Of a DNA stretch of 36,519 nt, positions 1-8,663 are shown piece by piece. The DNA comes from a virus (Duplodnaviria > Caudoviricetes). The DNA is taken from positions 1 through 36,519 of the IMG/VR virus record IMGVR_UViG_3300031965_000090. One strand, 5' to 3'. Within the stretch, counting starts at the first letter, position 1; each line of letters opens with the position of its first letter. A model generated the notes under the pieces. It searched no databases. It was not told where the DNA came from and saw nothing but the letters and a program-made list of their open reading frames with translations. A program made the position numbers and the translations under genes.

Positions 1-1
1 T

Positions 2-265
2 GATTTAAGTGGCTGTTTAGTTTTTGATGAAAATCTAAAAAGAACCCCTTTGTTTATAAATGGTTTGTTTTGGCCTGTGACTATTACAGACAGCTATTTA
101 AAAATAGGTTGTCAACTGCATAAAATTGACGATTGGTCTAGCTTTACAGACGATAAAATAAACTCAATGGACAGTAAAGCGCTTGAATTCTGGCATTTGT
201 GGAGCGGTGTTATTTTAAGAGCGTGTAAAACACATAATGAGGATTTAAATAAATGCAAACCATAA
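2..265 (+). CDS. C-terminal part of the pentapeptide-repeat protein, continued from the window end
   Basis: Frame is open from base 2 (DLSGCLVFDENLKRTPLFINGLFWPVTITDSYLKIGCQLH...W). It starts with a final DLSG repeat and has the IGCQxHxxxxW tail typical of phage pentapeptide proteins. Confidence 0.8.
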   Translation, partial: DLSGCLVFDENLKRTPLFINGLFWPVTITDSYLKIGCQLHKIDDWSSFTDDKINSMDSKALEFWHLWSGVILRACKTHNEDLNKCKP

Positions 266-549
266 ACACACAAGCGGTTATCCGGTTCGCTCAAATCACA
301 AAAGATGAAAATAAGTGGCTTTATAATTGCCTTAACGACGAATTAGACCTTAGTGGATTATTTGAGTCATTCGAGTCGAATTCGCAAGCTGATATGCAAA
401 TTGAAGTGTTAAAACTCAAGATTCAATGGCTTAGACTGTGGGCTGCTGCTTTTGATGATAGCCAGATATCTGATGATACGCAGGAAGAGCTCAGACAAGA
501 ATTCGAGGCAACTGAGGCAAGGGGTATTAATTCGGAGTTTGGATTATGA
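253..549 (+). CDS. hypothetical protein
   Basis: 98-aa ORF with GAGG SD that overlaps both neighbours. Confidence 0.7.
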   Translation: MQTINTQAVIRFAQITKDENKWLYNCLNDELDLSGLFESFESNSQADMQIEVLKLKIQWLRLWAAAFDDSQISDDTQEELRQEFEATEARGINSEFGL

Positions 550-944
550 GTGAATTAAAAAATGGTGTTATGGTTTGGGTTTCAGATGTTTCTGATTGTG
601 ACGCCGAGAAAAATAAAAGCCTCAGGCGATTTATTGGATTATCTGGCGATGGTCGATTCGTTTGTGAAATTTTAAATCATGATGTGCCTGCCGCATGGAA
701 TTTTGCCGTAAAAGTGCCCGAAAAAAAGCTGATGCCCTGGGATATTAACACCGTACCTATTCCGCCGTTTTGCATTAGATCAAAAGCTAATAAAAACAAG
801 CATGGCGTTGTTACTGGTATTAATACTACTCATGTAATTATAAATAATGACAATATATCATATAGAGATTTGCTTGATTATGGCGATCTCGTCTTATCTC
901 GCGACGATATTCAGCCCTGCGGAGTAGAAATTAAAGAAGATTAA
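546..944 (+). CDS. hypothetical protein
   Basis: 132-aa ORF with ATGA overlap and GGAG/GGA SD. Confidence 0.75.
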   Translation: MSELKNGVMVWVSDVSDCDAEKNKSLRRFIGLSGDGRFVCEILNHDVPAAWNFAVKVPEKKLMPWDINTVPIPPFCIRSKANKNKHGVVTGINTTHVIINNDNISYRDLLDYGDLVLSRDDIQPCGVEIKED

Positions 945-1003
945 TGCTATTTTAAAAAACATTTTAAAAAGACAAAGTCAATTAAAACTGAGGAATTATC
1001 AAA

Positions 1004-1726
1004 ATGAGCAAAGAAATAATTGTAGAGCCAGAAAAAGCGCTTGCCCAGGATTTCCCAATCATGAAAATGATGGAGATCGCGATAACAACAGACGGGGGGA
1101 TTGAAAAACTTGAAAAACTGATGGACTTGCAAGACCGCATGGAGAAAATAAAATCACGCCGTGCATATTTTGATGCTATGGCAAGATTTCAAGAGTCTAC
1201 GCCAAAAATCGAGAAGAAAGGCCGCGTCTCTTTTAATAAAACGGCTTACTCATACGCAAAGCTGGAAGATATCGCAGAGGCGATTAAAAAGCCGCTGGCT
1301 GAAAATGGACTGTCTTTCAGATTTGAACAGAAAACAGAGCAGATCCAATCAGGTATATTTTTAACTGTTAGTTGCATAATAACCCACTGTGATGGTCATT
1401 TCGAGTCTACGCTAATGAGCGGCTACCCTGACGCCAGTGGCGGTAAAAACCCAATCCAACAAATCGCTTCAACTGTCCAATATTTACGGAGATACACACT
1501 GACAGGGATTTTAGGAATTACCAGTTCAGACGAGGACAATGATTGCGGCGATCAAAAAATCCAACAAGCGCCAGAAAGACTGATTGTTACTCAAGAAAAT
1601 CACAACCTTTGGAACAGGGCTATTGCAGCATATAAACGTGATGGTAATTTTGACGCAGTTTTAAAGGGTGCAGATATCTCGATTGAAAACCAAAAATTAA
1701 TAGTGGAGCAATGCAAAAATGTTTAA
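1004..1726 (+). CDS. erf: ERF-family single-strand annealing protein
   Basis: YSYAKLEDI and QQIASTVQYLRRYTLTGILGI..DEDND motifs; adjacent to an exonuclease. Confidence 0.9.
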   Translation: MSKEIIVEPEKALAQDFPIMKMMEIAITTDGGIEKLEKLMDLQDRMEKIKSRRAYFDAMARFQESTPKIEKKGRVSFNKTAYSYAKLEDIAEAIKKPLAENGLSFRFEQKTEQIQSGIFLTVSCIITHCDGHFESTLMSGYPDASGGKNPIQQIASTVQYLRRYTLTGILGITSSDEDNDCGDQKIQQAPERLIVTQENHNLWNRAIAAYKRDGNFDAVLKGADISIENQKLIVEQCKNV

Positions 1727-2357
1727 TTTTATAGATGTGGAGCAAAACACTGACGAATGGCTGGCTTTAAGAGCTGGCAAGTTTACAAGCTCAAAAAATA
1801 ATTGCGTTATGGCGCATCTCGGCAAAGCGTTCGGCGAACCAGCTAAACAATACGCGGTAAATATTGCAATAGAACAAATAACAGGCCAGCCAATTTCCGG
1901 CGGTTACTCAAACTCTAATATGGAGCGAGGCCACGAACAAGAACAAGAAGCGCGAGAACTTTACGAGATAGAGACATTTTCGACTGTGACCAACGGCGGT
2001 TTTTTCGATTGTGGATTTGTCGGTTGCTCGCCAGATGGTCTTGTGGGTGACGATGGATTAATCGAAATAAAATCGGTTATTCCAAGCGTCCATTACAATA
2101 ATATTAAACGCGGCGGGTTAGATCCAGCTTATTCCTGGCAGTTTATCGGTAATTTAAAAGCCACAGGTCGAGAGTGGTTAGATTTTGTGAGTTATTGCGC
2201 CGATTTTCCCGAGGGCAAGAAACTGTTTATTCACCGAATTTATAGCAAAGATTACAAGGAAGAATTTAAACAATTAGACCAACGAACCGCTGAATTTAAA
2301 GCGCTTGTCGAATTAACAAAAAGAAAGATTTTAGAATCTAACTATTCAAATATTTAA
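1719..2357 (+). CDS. YqaJ/lambda-exonuclease-like recombination nuclease
   Basis: EWLALRAGKFTSS, RGHEQE, GCSPDGLV and GLIEIKS (PD-(D/E)XK) motifs. Confidence 0.92.
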   Translation: MFNFIDVEQNTDEWLALRAGKFTSSKNNCVMAHLGKAFGEPAKQYAVNIAIEQITGQPISGGYSNSNMERGHEQEQEARELYEIETFSTVTNGGFFDCGFVGCSPDGLVGDDGLIEIKSVIPSVHYNNIKRGGLDPAYSWQFIGNLKATGREWLDFVSYCADFPEGKKLFIHRIYSKDYKEEFKQLDQRTAEFKALVELTKRKILESNYSNI

Positions 2358-2375
2358 AACTGAGGAATTATTAAA

Positions 2376-3290
2376 ATGAGCAATGAATTAATTCAAATAC
2401 AACCCGAGCAGGCGATGGAAGTTTTCACCAAAGAAGACGGCTTAAGACCTTTTATTGATAAAATTATTAATGAAGTCAAAACCCATGTTTACGATCTGGA
2501 CACTGACAAAGGCCGCAAAGCAATCGCAAGTCTTGCGCGAAAAGTTGGATCTTCCAGAAATTACCTGGATGAATGCGGAAAAGAATTGGTGTCCGGCTGG
2601 AAATCAAAAGCTAAAATAGTTGATAACTCAAGAAAAGCAATGCGCGAAGAATTAACCGAATTGCAAGTTACTGCTCGATCACCGCTGACCGAATACGAAG
2701 AGGCCGAACACGCCAAACTAGTTGCAGCGGCGGCCAAAGCTCAACGACTCGAAGCGCTGGAAAAGCGAGAAAACGATCACGAATTCGCTTTGTTAATGAA
2801 TGATAAGTTTAACTCAGATAAAGCGGAAGCTGAGCGCGTAGCTATTGAATTAGCAATTGCTCAAGCAGAAGCGCAAAAGCTGAGAGAAGAGCAAATAGCG
2901 GCGAATGCTAAACTTGAAGCTGAAAGCCGAGCCAAGCAAGCTGAGTTAGACAAATTGGCCGCAGAACAGCGCGCAAAGGACGCTGAAGAACGCGAAATAC
3001 TGCAAGCCAAGCTAACTAAGGAACGTCAATCACAAGCTGAAATAGACGCTAAGCTGAGAGCTGACGAAGCCGCCGCCGAGGCAGTCAGGCAAGAGCAAGC
3101 ACGGCAGGAGCAAGCGGAAGCATATAAGATTGCAGCACAAGCAAAGATTGAAGCAAATAAGCAACACGTAGGATCGGTTCGCAAAGCTATCAAAGAGCAA
3201 TTAATGATTGATTGTCAAATTGACGAAGAACTGGCGGTTAGAATAGTTAAATCTCTGCTTAAAATTGACAGCGTTAAAATAATTTATTGA
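2376..3290 (+). CDS. phage coiled-coil protein, function unknown
   Basis: N-terminal D..T.KGRKAIASLA.KV motif followed by an Ala/Glu/Lys/Gln-rich helix; ACTGAGG RBS. Confidence 0.75.
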   Translation: MSNELIQIQPEQAMEVFTKEDGLRPFIDKIINEVKTHVYDLDTDKGRKAIASLARKVGSSRNYLDECGKELVSGWKSKAKIVDNSRKAMREELTELQVTARSPLTEYEEAEHAKLVAAAAKAQRLEALEKRENDHEFALLMNDKFNSDKAEAERVAIELAIAQAEAQKLREEQIAANAKLEAESRAKQAELDKLAAEQRAKDAEEREILQAKLTKERQSQAEIDAKLRADEAAAEAVRQEQARQEQAEAYKIAAQAKIEANKQHVGSVRKAIKEQLMIDCQIDEELAVRIVKSLLKIDSVKIIY

Positions 3291-3300
3291 TGAGTGAATT

Positions 3301-3654
3301 ATGAATATTGAACTTAAAAAAGTAGTTTCACAGAAAGAAATGTCAGCTAAGCTCGGCATCTCACCGGCGACTTTGTATAAGCTAATTGATGAATCTTTTC
3401 TAGTGAAACCGAAAAAGGCAAAAAACGGCCAAAATTACTGGTCAGAAATTGACGCGGCCAAAGCTGTTGAGAATTACACAAAGCACAAAGAAAAAGTAAA
3501 ACTTGAATCTGAAGCAAGAAAAAAAGCCAACGCTGAAAAAGCTAGAGAGGCGCGAAGACTAAACAAGGAAGATATTCGGGAGGATGAGTTTAAGCTGCCT
3601 AAATGTTTTATATTTGCGTCTCAATCTTTGAATTTAGTGGTTAGACGCGGTTAA
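3301..3654 (+). CDS. HTH DNA-binding protein (excisionase/AlpA-like N-terminus)
   Basis: SQKEMSAKLGISPATLYKLI...P...NYW. Confidence 0.65.
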   Translation: MNIELKKVVSQKEMSAKLGISPATLYKLIDESFLVKPKKAKNGQNYWSEIDAAKAVENYTKHKEKVKLESEARKKANAEKAREARRLNKEDIREDEFKLPKCFIFASQSLNLVVRRG

Positions 3655-3681
3655 CTAATTAATAACTGAGGAATTATCAAA

Positions 3682-4107
3682 GTGAACAGACAACAAGCAA
3701 AAATTTATGCAACACTAACACCAGAGCAAGTTAAAGTTTTATACCCTGATTTTAATATTGACTGTTTTGAAATTATGCAAAAATGGGCTAATGGATATGA
3801 TGTTACCGTTTTTGGAATAGCGCACAGAGAGTTAAATTTTAATTCCATCCCATGCGATTATAAATTCAAACCTAAAACACACATAGTTAACGGCATTGAA
3901 TGCCCTGCACCGTTTGATGTTATGCCTCAGATAAGGGAGTGTTTTTATATCATTGAATATAATGCGGATGTTGTGGATTATACTGTTAATGAAAATAATT
4001 TCTGGCAGTTAAGATTATTTGAAATAGGAAACTGTTTTAAATCAGAAGCGGACGCAAGATTAAACGCTCTTGCTCACTGGCCGAAACTTAAAGGTATATT
4101 AAAATGA
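3682..4107 (+). CDS. hypothetical protein
   Basis: GTG start after AACTGAGGAATTATCAAA. Confidence 0.75.
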   Translation: MNRQQAKIYATLTPEQVKVLYPDFNIDCFEIMQKWANGYDVTVFGIAHRELNFNSIPCDYKFKPKTHIVNGIECPAPFDVMPQIRECFYIIEYNADVVDYTVNENNFWQLRLFEIGNCFKSEADARLNALAHWPKLKGILK

Positions 4108-4304
4108 CTAAAAAACAGGAATTATTATACTGTCTTACAATCGGGTTGATTATTCCTAGTGTTTGTTTTTATTTTCTTTATATCGACATAAAAGAAAAAG
4201 AACAAATAATCGACTCGTGCGCCAAGGCCGGAATGGATTTTAAATTGTCAGTATTTGACGAAAAGAAAAACGAATTAAAAATAATTTGCGAGGAATCAAA
4301 ATGA
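4104..4304 (+). CDS. small single-TM hypothetical protein
   Basis: ATGA overlap and N-terminal hydrophobic stretch. Confidence 0.65.
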   Translation: MTKKQELLYCLTIGLIIPSVCFYFLYIDIKEKEQIIDSCAKAGMDFKLSVFDEKKNELKIICEESK

Positions 4305-4549
4305 ATTTATATTTAATATGGCAAGACGAGACAAAACATAATTATGATACGTTCGATCGTGCTGTTGTTGCAGCAGACGACGAAGAAACAGCAAGAAATA
4401 TTAACCCCAATGGCGGCGTTATGGATTGGCTAGACAGTCGCGTTCGGGATTGGTGCAAAAGTCCTACTCAAGTAAAAGTTAAGCTAATTGGAAAAGCAAT
4501 CGACGGAACTAAAATTGGCGTAGTATTGGCGTCATTTAACGCGGGTTAA
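4301..4549 (+). CDS. hypothetical protein
   Basis: ATG at 4301 (ATGA overlap, GAGGA SD); YDTFDRAVVAA...VVLASFNAG; last + strand gene before convergence with the late genes. Confidence 0.75.
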   Translation: MNLYLIWQDETKHNYDTFDRAVVAADDEETARNINPNGGVMDWLDSRVRDWCKSPTQVKVKLIGKAIDGTKIGVVLASFNAG

Positions 4550-4550
4550 T

Positions 4551-4880
4551 TCATAATCCGCAATGCTTTGGATCCCATGGTTCGACTAGTTTTTTGCAAA
4601 TAAAAATCGCAAAGTCGAGCCGCCAATCTTCCTTAGTGATTATGATCCTTCTCATTCTCCCTGTTAAAGTTAATTCTTGCGGAATATCCAAAAACATTAT
4701 CGTGCCAAAAATAATATTAAAAACAACGTCCCAAATATAAGCAATCGCGACGATAACATAAAGAGGATAAGTTAACCATTTTGGTATTTTATTCGCGTTC
4801 TTTTTCCACGTCATAACATTAATAAACAATATCCAAAGTCCGATAAAACCAACAATAAAAACCAGTAAAAAATAATTCAT
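4551..4880 (-). CDS. membrane hypothetical protein
   Basis: Two hydrophobic segments and a C-terminal PWDPKHC motif. Confidence 0.7.
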   Translation of the reverse strand: MNYFLLVFIVGFIGLWILFINVMTWKKNANKIPKWLTYPLYVIVAIAYIWDVVFNIIFGTIMFLDIPQELTLTGRMRRIIITKEDWRLDFAIFICKKLVEPWDPKHCGL

Positions 4881-5059
4881 TTAACATTGTCCTTTTCGTC
4901 TCTTGTTATCCACGGAAAAGCATTGACAAATAACTCTTCTCGGGTCAGTGCAAACCATAATAATCGTATTTTATTGATCCGGTTGCTAGTGTCTACTGGT
5001 TTATGTTGCTCTCGTAAAATATGAAAACAAATAAATAAACCGATCAAAGCGAACGGCAA
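4877..5059 (-). CDS. small hypothetical protein (start uncertain)
   Basis: ORF fills the gap and has an ATGA overlap with the next gene. Confidence 0.5.
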   Translation of the reverse strand: MPFALIGLFICFHILREQHKPVDTSNRINKIRLLWFALTREELFVNAFPWITRDEKDNVK

Positions 5060-5082
5060 AGTAAATCCTAATATAATTAAAA

Positions 5083-5520
5083 TTATCTGGTTAAAATGTA
5101 ACAGGCTGACACCCCTATTGATTTAGCGTGATGTTTTGGAAATATTTGTGAACAATGAGCGAGTAATTCGCTACAAAACCAGCGTTCTGCATCATCCCAT
5201 TTTCGCCCGATAAAGGGCAAGCCTAAACCTAAAGCGCCGGCATAATCATATTTTTTTCCAAGTTGATCATAAGCCAAATTATAAGAGGCCGATGGATCAA
5301 CACATGGAAAAAAACCTTCCTTAAATTTACTTGCTCTGGATTTAAAATCTTTGATATGCGTTAAAGAAACCCCATTTTTTGCGGTGGATTCAATGACAAA
5401 TTCACCGCATTTAGTGATTATCCCGACGTGCGAAAAGTCGCAATGGCCACAATCAAATAATCGAATCAAATGACTTGATAGTTTATTTGATGTGGAAAAT
5501 ATGACTGGCAAAAATTGCAT
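5083..5520 (-). CDS. permuted papain-like NlpC/P60 protein (YiiX/YebB-like)
   Basis: FSHVGI (His), LGKKYDY and WFCSEL (Cys), with His before Cys. Confidence 0.85.
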   Translation of the reverse strand: MQFLPVIFSTSNKLSSHLIRLFDCGHCDFSHVGIITKCGEFVIESTAKNGVSLTHIKDFKSRASKFKEGFFPCVDPSASYNLAYDQLGKKYDYAGALGLGLPFIGRKWDDAERWFCSELLAHCSQIFPKHHAKSIGVSACYILTR

Positions 5521-5534
5521 ATTATTTTAATATA

Positions 5535-5876
5535 CTAATTAGCTTTTAATAAAAAATTAGGCGAATAGGATAGATAATTATAAGGGCGATCTTCAAACAA
5601 AAAGCTCACTTTATAAAAAACGCCTGTTTGTAATGATCCTTGATCTACGCATCTATAATAAGTTTGATTATTAAAAACTACTTTGTTTGCGGGAATTGAA
5701 TAAACCCATGTACCCATGTTTATTTCACATTTATAATTTTCAAAACCAACGGCCTCGGCAAAATCAGAAAAGGTGATCTGAATAGCGCCATTTAAATTTT
5801 CCATTTTTGCCATCGGTGTGCTCGCTAAAAGTGATCCCGAAAATAAAATACACATTACAATTAAAATATTTTTCAT
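5535..5876 (-). CDS. exported hypothetical protein with signal peptide
   Basis: MKNILIVMCILFSGSLLA-S; GGAG SD. Confidence 0.7.
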   Translation of the reverse strand: MKNILIVMCILFSGSLLASTPMAKMENLNGAIQITFSDFAEAVGFENYKCEINMGTWVYSIPANKVVFNNQTYYRCVDQGSLQTGVFYKVSFLFEDRPYNYLSYSPNFLLKAN

Positions 5877-5936
5877 TCTATAATACTCCGTTTTTAATGT
5901 TCGAAATTGAACTCTTTTTTAAAATACTAACAATAA

Positions 5937-6458
5937 TTATGCCAGGATTGTTATATCGTCGGCTATCAATTTAAATCCCGCGCCGATCACTTTCAGCGCA
6001 TCGTTATTTCTATCAATCGATATTTTCCAATCTCCCGACCTCGGAATGACGCCTGCCAGCGTTAAAACGCCACTTGATACGTTGACATTCATATAAATTT
6101 CATCGTCTGTAGCGCGTCCATTGGCGTGTCTAATCAGGGGCATTTTAAGCGTCACCGGAAAAGAAATATTTTGGATGACATCATCAATCGTTAAATTCCC
6201 TGAAATGCTGACTGTGTCACCCACATTGCAGTAATACATTCCAGAAAACGGCTCTGTCTGAGCATTATTGATTTCTATTTCAATATCAGAAACGGTGATT
6301 TCTGGAAGTTGGTTTTCTGGCGTGACAGGATCGTTATATTGTTTTTTTTCCGTTAGACCATCTCCGTAATCAAAAAAAGCCCATTCTTTATTTAATGGCT
6401 GTCGTTGAGGTTCGACTGCGATATCCAACTCTTTATCCCATGCAATTATAATACTCAT
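5937..6458 (-). CDS. tail-tip/fibre-associated protein (putative)
   Basis: Position at the end of the tail cluster; beta-rich composition. Confidence 0.55.
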   Translation of the reverse strand: MSIIIAWDKELDIAVEPQRQPLNKEWAFFDYGDGLTEKKQYNDPVTPENQLPEITVSDIEIEINNAQTEPFSGMYYCNVGDTVSISGNLTIDDVIQNISFPVTLKMPLIRHANGRATDDEIYMNVNVSSGVLTLAGVIPRSGDWKISIDRNNDALKVIGAGFKLIADDITILA

Positions 6459-6459
6459 T

Positions 6460-7080
6460 TTATAAACCTTCTGGTATGTGATTTAAGTAGCATACGCACG
6501 ATTCTAATAATTGCGCGCTCGCACTCCACGCCACAGTTGATTGTATCGTTACTTTTAAAGACGTGGAAAACTTAATTCCAATGGGCATAGACATTGTCAA
6601 AATCGAAGCGACAGGCGTTAACATTGTCAGGGTGTGATATTGCGCAAGCCCGTAATCTGATCCTTCTCCACCAATCCCAACAACGCCAGTCGAGCCTGTA
6701 TTATATTCCCATGGCGCAAAACCACCAATCAATGCTCTATCTGCTGTCGCGCCAGTTGCAATAGTATATGTTTTTGGTATCCCATCTGCCGTGACAATAA
6801 TTGTAACAGTTGCAGAAGTTACCGACGGCGTCATGACATTTGTTAAAACGCCAGCACCCGAGATATCAATCATGGTTTGCTCGTTGGTGTCGCTTGTCGA
6901 GCTGTATTTGCTGGTCGTGTAGCCAGACTGCGTATGATCAACATCAATCGCAGTCCAAAACCCAATCCCAGCGCAATCTGATTGCGTGCTGTTTGACGTA
7001 TGAGCGCCAACATTTTGAGATAAGGCAACCAGTGACGGCATGATTAAACTACCGCTACTTTTTCCCACTGAAATAGTCAT
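6460..7080 (-). CDS. putative tail/receptor-binding structural protein
   Basis: Ser/Thr/Gly-rich ORF in the tail-tip cluster. Confidence 0.55.
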   Translation of the reverse strand: MTISVGKSSGSLIMPSLVALSQNVGAHTSNSTQSDCAGIGFWTAIDVDHTQSGYTTSKYSSTSDTNEQTMIDISGAGVLTNVMTPSVTSATVTIIVTADGIPKTYTIATGATADRALIGGFAPWEYNTGSTGVVGIGGEGSDYGLAQYHTLTMLTPVASILTMSMPIGIKFSTSLKVTIQSTVAWSASAQLLESCVCYLNHIPEGL

Positions 7081-7081
7081 A

Positions 7082-7753
7082 TTATAACGTCCATTCTGAC
7101 GATCCGTCAGAAGTTAAAGTAATTGATATTGAGCCTTCAAGCGTGATCGATGTGTCGCTTGTTAAGCCCTCGATTGTGTCGCTTCCTGATCGAGTTATTA
7201 CTGCGCCTGTGGCATATCGCATGGGTAAATTAATGGTGATTGTTTGATTAGCTGCTACGCTGTTTGCCAGCGGTAATAAATAACCTGAGTCATCATCTCT
7301 GATTTCATTAATTCTTAACGCTGTGAGAGTGCCGCCGCCGGTGTGCGGGATAACAATATTTGATTGATCAATCGCTACCCAATCCGCAGTTGCTCCAGGC
7401 TCGCTTGCTGTGACATCTGCAAGATTATTTAATAATTGCCAATTTAATAAGCTATGATAAACGCTGGCCGGAATATTTAAAGCACCTGTTAAGTTTGACC
7501 ACAAGCCTTTAAAGTTTGCGTTTGATTGCGATATTGTCGCGCTGGCTGCGGCTGCCGTTTCGCTTGCCGCTGCTGCTGTCTCACTTGTTGCCGCATCTAT
7601 GACCGCTTGATCAATATAAGCGCCAGCTGTGTTTTCTTCTGTGACCATTGTTGGCAGAGCGGTTAAAAAAGCATCGACTGCGTCAGAAAAAACGCTAGGC
7701 AATCCCAATCTATCGGGCGCATCTGGCAGTGGTGTAATCGTTGGAAAAGACAT
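7082..7753 (-). CDS. putative short tail fibre protein
   Basis: ITPLPDAPDR...F...DAFL N-terminus, AAASETAAAAS repeat, NFKGLW and a C-terminal SDGSSEW. Confidence 0.65.
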   Translation of the reverse strand: MSFPTITPLPDAPDRLGLPSVFSDAVDAFLTALPTMVTEENTAGAYIDQAVIDAATSETAAAASETAAAASATISQSNANFKGLWSNLTGALNIPASVYHSLLNWQLLNNLADVTASEPGATADWVAIDQSNIVIPHTGGGTLTALRINEIRDDDSGYLLPLANSVAANQTITINLPMRYATGAVITRSGSDTIEGLTSDTSITLEGSISITLTSDGSSEWTL

Positions 7754-7754
7754 T

Positions 7755-8663
7755 TTAAATTAATCCTTCAACTGTGATTGTGCAATCATTAAAAGTTGGA
7801 TTCGATATATTAATTTGAGAGTCTCTATAATATCCGAAAACTAAGCTGGCGTCATCAATATCATCAGAGCCTATCCAAACTGATGGAGTTGTTGTTAATG
7901 CTGACAAAGTATTAAATACAAATTTAGTTTTTTTAGCTGGGATAGCAACATCAAATTCAACCAGCTTAGATGTTCTACCCTGTGTTATTATAAAGTTTCC
8001 GAATTCGTCTTGTGTTTTTTTACTAAAATCTAAAAGCTTTAATGAGCCGCCGTATCTAGCAATACCTAGATTTATTTCTTTTCCGATCACCAAAGTCCCA
8101 ACTGAAATATCAGCATCACCAGCGAAATTAATTGATAAAGTGGCTTGATTATAAGCTGGGAGTCCGAGCAAAGAAAATTCTGTTTTATTAATAATCGGCT
8201 CGAAAAAATACTCCCAATAATCAAAAATATCAGAATTATCCACCATGTCAATCACTGTATTATAGACCTCACCATCGGCGGGATCGTCCATGATAACCGT
8301 CACAGTACTTGCGCCGGTAATGTTAAATCCTGAGACTGAATTGGCGACTTCTCCTGGGGTTATATCAACATCTAACGCGGTCGAATCTGTGGAGACTGTG
8401 CCGTTAACAGAATCAAACATGGCGTATTTGTTGGTCGGTGCAAAGTCGATCCAAGTCGGTGGATCTGACAATACACCGACTTCTGGATCTTCGTTTGTTG
8501 TTGACGTCGCTCGATAGTTTCGATGGGTGGTTGTTTTTATTCGCTCGTCGCCCGCGTTATAAGTTCCGGCAGTCCATAAAACTTCCGAAACCGACGCGTC
8601 CGGCTCGGGTATCGTGCTGACTAAAATGCTATCTGTCATTGTTATCGGCCTGACTACTCTCAC
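7755..8663 (-). CDS. tail-tip/baseplate protein following the tape measure
   Basis: Synteny; PTNKYAMFD and DFSKKTQDEFGN motifs. Confidence 0.65.
   Translation of the reverse strand: MRVVRPITMTDSILVSTIPEPDASVSEVLWTAGTYNAGDERIKTTTHRNYRATSTTNEDPEVGVLSDPPTWIDFAPTNKYAMFDSVNGTVSTDSTALDVDITPGEVANSVSGFNITGASTVTVIMDDPADGEVYNTVIDMVDNSDIFDYWEYFFEPIINKTEFSLLGLPAYNQATLSINFAGDADISVGTLVIGKEINLGIARYGGSLKLLDFSKKTQDEFGNFIITQGRTSKLVEFDVAIPAKKTKFVFNTLSALTTTPSVWIGSDDIDDASLVFGYYRDSQINISNPTFNDCTITVEGLI

Noticed and set aside
5937-8663. Diversity-generating retroelement or invertible tail-fibre system
   Set aside because: No reverse transcriptase, invertase or template/variable repeat pair seen.
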